Shown here one piece after another: positions 61,150 through 64,000 of a DNA stretch of 64,000 nt. Source of the DNA: Asterias rubens (lineage: Eukaryota); NCBI RefSeq assembly GCF_902459465.1, contig NC_047068.1, positions 16,306,001 to 16,370,000 on the forward strand. Direction: 5' to 3'. Every line of letters starts with the position of its first letter. The stretch's first letter is position 1. A program made the position numbers and the translations under genes. A model generated the notes under the pieces. That model saw only the letters and a program-made list of their open reading frames with translations, searched no databases and had not been told where the DNA came from.

Positions 61150-64000
61150 AGGATACGCAACAGCAGTGGAAGTATGGGTAATTCAAAACACATGTGAAAG
61201 TGTAGAGAATACGCAACACCAGGGGAATTATGGGTAATTCAAAACACAGGTGAAAGTGTGGAGAATAGGCAACACCAGGGGAATTATGGGTAATTCTAAA
61301 CACAGGTGAAAGTGTAGAGAATACACAACACCAGGGGAATTATGGGTAATTCAAAACACAGGTGAAAGTGTAGAGAATACGCAACACCAGGGGAATTATG
61401 GGTAATTCAAAACACAGGTGAAAGTGTAGAGAATACGCGATACCAGGGGAATTATGGGCAATTCAAAACACAGGTGAAAGTGTGGAGAATATACGCAATT
61501 AAGACCAGGGGAAGTATGGGTAATTCAAACCACAGGTGAAAGTGTAGAGAATACGCAATAGTTGGGGAATTATGGGTAATTCAAAACACAGGTGAAAGTG
61601 AAGAGAATAGGCAACACCAGGGGAATTATGGGTAATTCTAAACACAGGTGAAAGTGTAGAGAATACGCAACACCAGGGGAATTATGGGTAATTCAAAACA
61701 CAGGTGAAAGTGTAGAGAATACGCAATGCCAGGGGAATATGGGCAATTCAAAACACAGGTGAAAGTGTGGAGATTACGCAATTAAGACCAGGGGAAGTAT
61801 GGGTACATCAAACCACAGGTGAAAGTGTAGAAAATACGCAATACCAGGTGAATTATGGGTAATTCAAAACACAGGTGAAACTGAAGAGAATAGGCCACAC
61901 CAGGGGAATTATGGGTAAATCAAAACACAGGTGAAAGTGTAGAGAATACACAACACCAGGGGAATTATGGGCAATTCAAAACACAGGTGAAAGTGTAGAG
62001 AATACGCATTGCCAGGGGAATATGGGCAATTCAAAACACAGGTGAAAGTGTGGAGAATATACGCAATTAAGACCAGGGGAAGTATGGGTAATTCAAACCA
62101 CAGGTGAAAGTGTAGAGAATACGCAACACCAGGGGAATTATGGGTAATTCAAAACACAGGTGAAAGTGAAGAGAATAGGCAACACCAGGGGAATTATGGG
62201 TAATTCAAAACACAGGTGAAAGTGTAGAGAATACGCAATACCAGGGGAATTATGGGTAGTTCAAAACACAGGTGAAAGTGTAGAGAATAGGCAATACCAG
62301 GGGAATTATGGGTAATTCAACACACAGGTGAAAGTGTAGAGAATACGCAATGCCAGGGGAATATGGGCAATTCAAAACACAGGTGAAAGTGTGGAGAATA
62401 CGCAACACAAGGGGAAGTATGGATAATTCAAAACACAGGTGAAAGTGTAGAGAATACGCAATGCCAGGGGAATATGGGCAATTCAAAACACAGGTGAAAG
62501 TGTGGAGAATACGCAATTAAGACCAGGGGAATTATGGGTAATTCAAACCAAAGGTGAAAGTGTAGAGAATTCGCAATGCCAGGGGAATTACGGGTAATTC
62601 AAAACACAGGTGAAAGTGTAGAGAATAGGCAACACCAGGAGAATTATGGGTAATTCAAAACACAGGTGAAAGTGTAGAGAATACGAAATACCAGGGGAAT
62701 TATGGGTAATTCAAAACACAGGTGAAAGTGTAGAGAATACGCAATACCAGGGGAAGTATGGGTATTTCAAAACACAGGTGAAAGTGTGGAGAATACGCAA
62801 TTAAGACCAGGGGAAGTATGGGTAGGCTAATTCAAACCACAGGTGAAAGTGTAGAGAATACGCAATTTAGACCAGGGGAAGTATGGGTAATTCAAACCAC
62901 AGGTGAAAGTGTAGAGAATACGCAATTAAGACCTGGGGAAGTATGGGTAATTCAAAACACAGGTGAAAGTGAAGAGAACAGGCAACACCAGGAGAATTAT
63001 GGGTTATTCAAAACACAGGTGAAAGTGTAGAGAATACGCAATTAAGACCAGGGGAAGTATGGGTAATTCAAAACACAGGTGAAAGTGTAGAGAATACGCA
63101 ATGCCAGGGGAATATGGGCAATTCAAAACACAGGTGAAAGTGTGGAGAATACGCAACACAAGGGGAAGTATGGATAATTCAAAACACAGGTGAAAGTGTA
63201 GAGAATACGCAATGCCAGGGGAATATGGGCAATTCAAAACACAGGTGAAAGTGTGGAGAATACGCAATTAAGACCAGGGGAATTATGGGTAATTCAAACC
63301 AAAGGTGAAAGTGTAGAGAATTCGCAATGCCAGGGGAATTACGGGTAATTCAAAACACAGGTGAAAGTGTAGAGAATAGGCAACACCAGGAGAATTATGG
63401 GTAATTCAAAACACAGGTGAAAGTGTAGAGAATACGAAATACCAGGGGAATTATGGGTAATTCAAAACACAGGTGAAAGTGTAGTGAATACGCAATACCA
63501 GGGGAAGTATGGGTATTTCAAAACACAGGTGAAAGTGTGGAGAATACGCAATTAAGACCAGGGGAAGTATGGGTAGGCTAATTCAAACCACAGGTGAAAG
63601 TGTAGAGAATACGCAATTTAGACCAGGGGAAGTATGGGTAATTCAAACCACAGGTGAAAGTGTAGAGAATACGCAATTAAGACCTGGGGAAGTATGGGTA
63701 ATTCAAAACACAGGTGAAAGTGAAGAGAACAGGCAACACCAGGAGAATTATGGGTTATTCAAAACACAGGTGAAAGTGTAGAGAATACGCAATTAAGACC
63801 AGGGGAAGTATGGGTAATTCAAAACACAGGTGAAAGTGTAGAGAATACGCAACACAAGGGGAAGTATGGATAATTTAAAACACAGGTGAAAGTGGAGAGA
63901 ATACGCAATACCCGGGGAACTATGGGTAACTCAAAACACAGGTGAAAGTGTAGAGAATACGCAACACCAGGGGAAGTATGGGTAATCTAAAACACAACAA
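61150..64000. repeat. Satellite 2: 56-bp monomer (55-63-bp variants), about 50 copies, runs off the window
   Basis: Consensus AAAACACAGGTGAAAGTGTAGAGAATACGCAACACCAGGGGAATTATGGGTAATTC. Confidence 0.97.

Noticed and set aside
57464-64000. Satellites as CRISPR-like arrays, and their ORFs as genes
   Set aside because: No unique spacers, eukaryotic context and no cas genes; the ORFs simply reflect the repeat periodicity.

Overview
AT-rich animal genomic DNA. The repeat and protein types suggest an invertebrate deuterostome such as a sea star; this is an inference. The main gene is an intron-containing GW182/TNRC6 (miRNA-silencing effector) on the + strand. Its 8 coding exons run from 22630 to 31011, join in frame by hand and give about 1667 aa, with Ago-hook GW motifs, UBA, Q-rich, PAM2, P-GL and RRM regions. 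It has several candidate non-coding 5' exons (about 15.9-22.2 kb) and a probable very long 3'UTR (to about 43-44 kb). Upstream, on the - strand, a 1.18-kb TTAA-flanked Kolobok-type DNA transposon carries an intact THAP-domain-only ORF. Many non-autonomous TIR elements (Kolobok-type, Harbinger-type, unclassified) and tRNA-derived SINEs are scattered through the window. After about 44 kb the sequence becomes a decay zone. It holds a frameshifted CHD1L-like pseudogene fragment, a 67-bp foldback insertion with a 9-bp TSD, orphan exon-like segments and a GC-rich, highly structured ~330-nt segment in front of an endonuclease-like start. Two different satellite arrays follow, one with a fresh 751-bp higher-order duplication. 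All analysis was done by eye; no database searches or folding programs were run.
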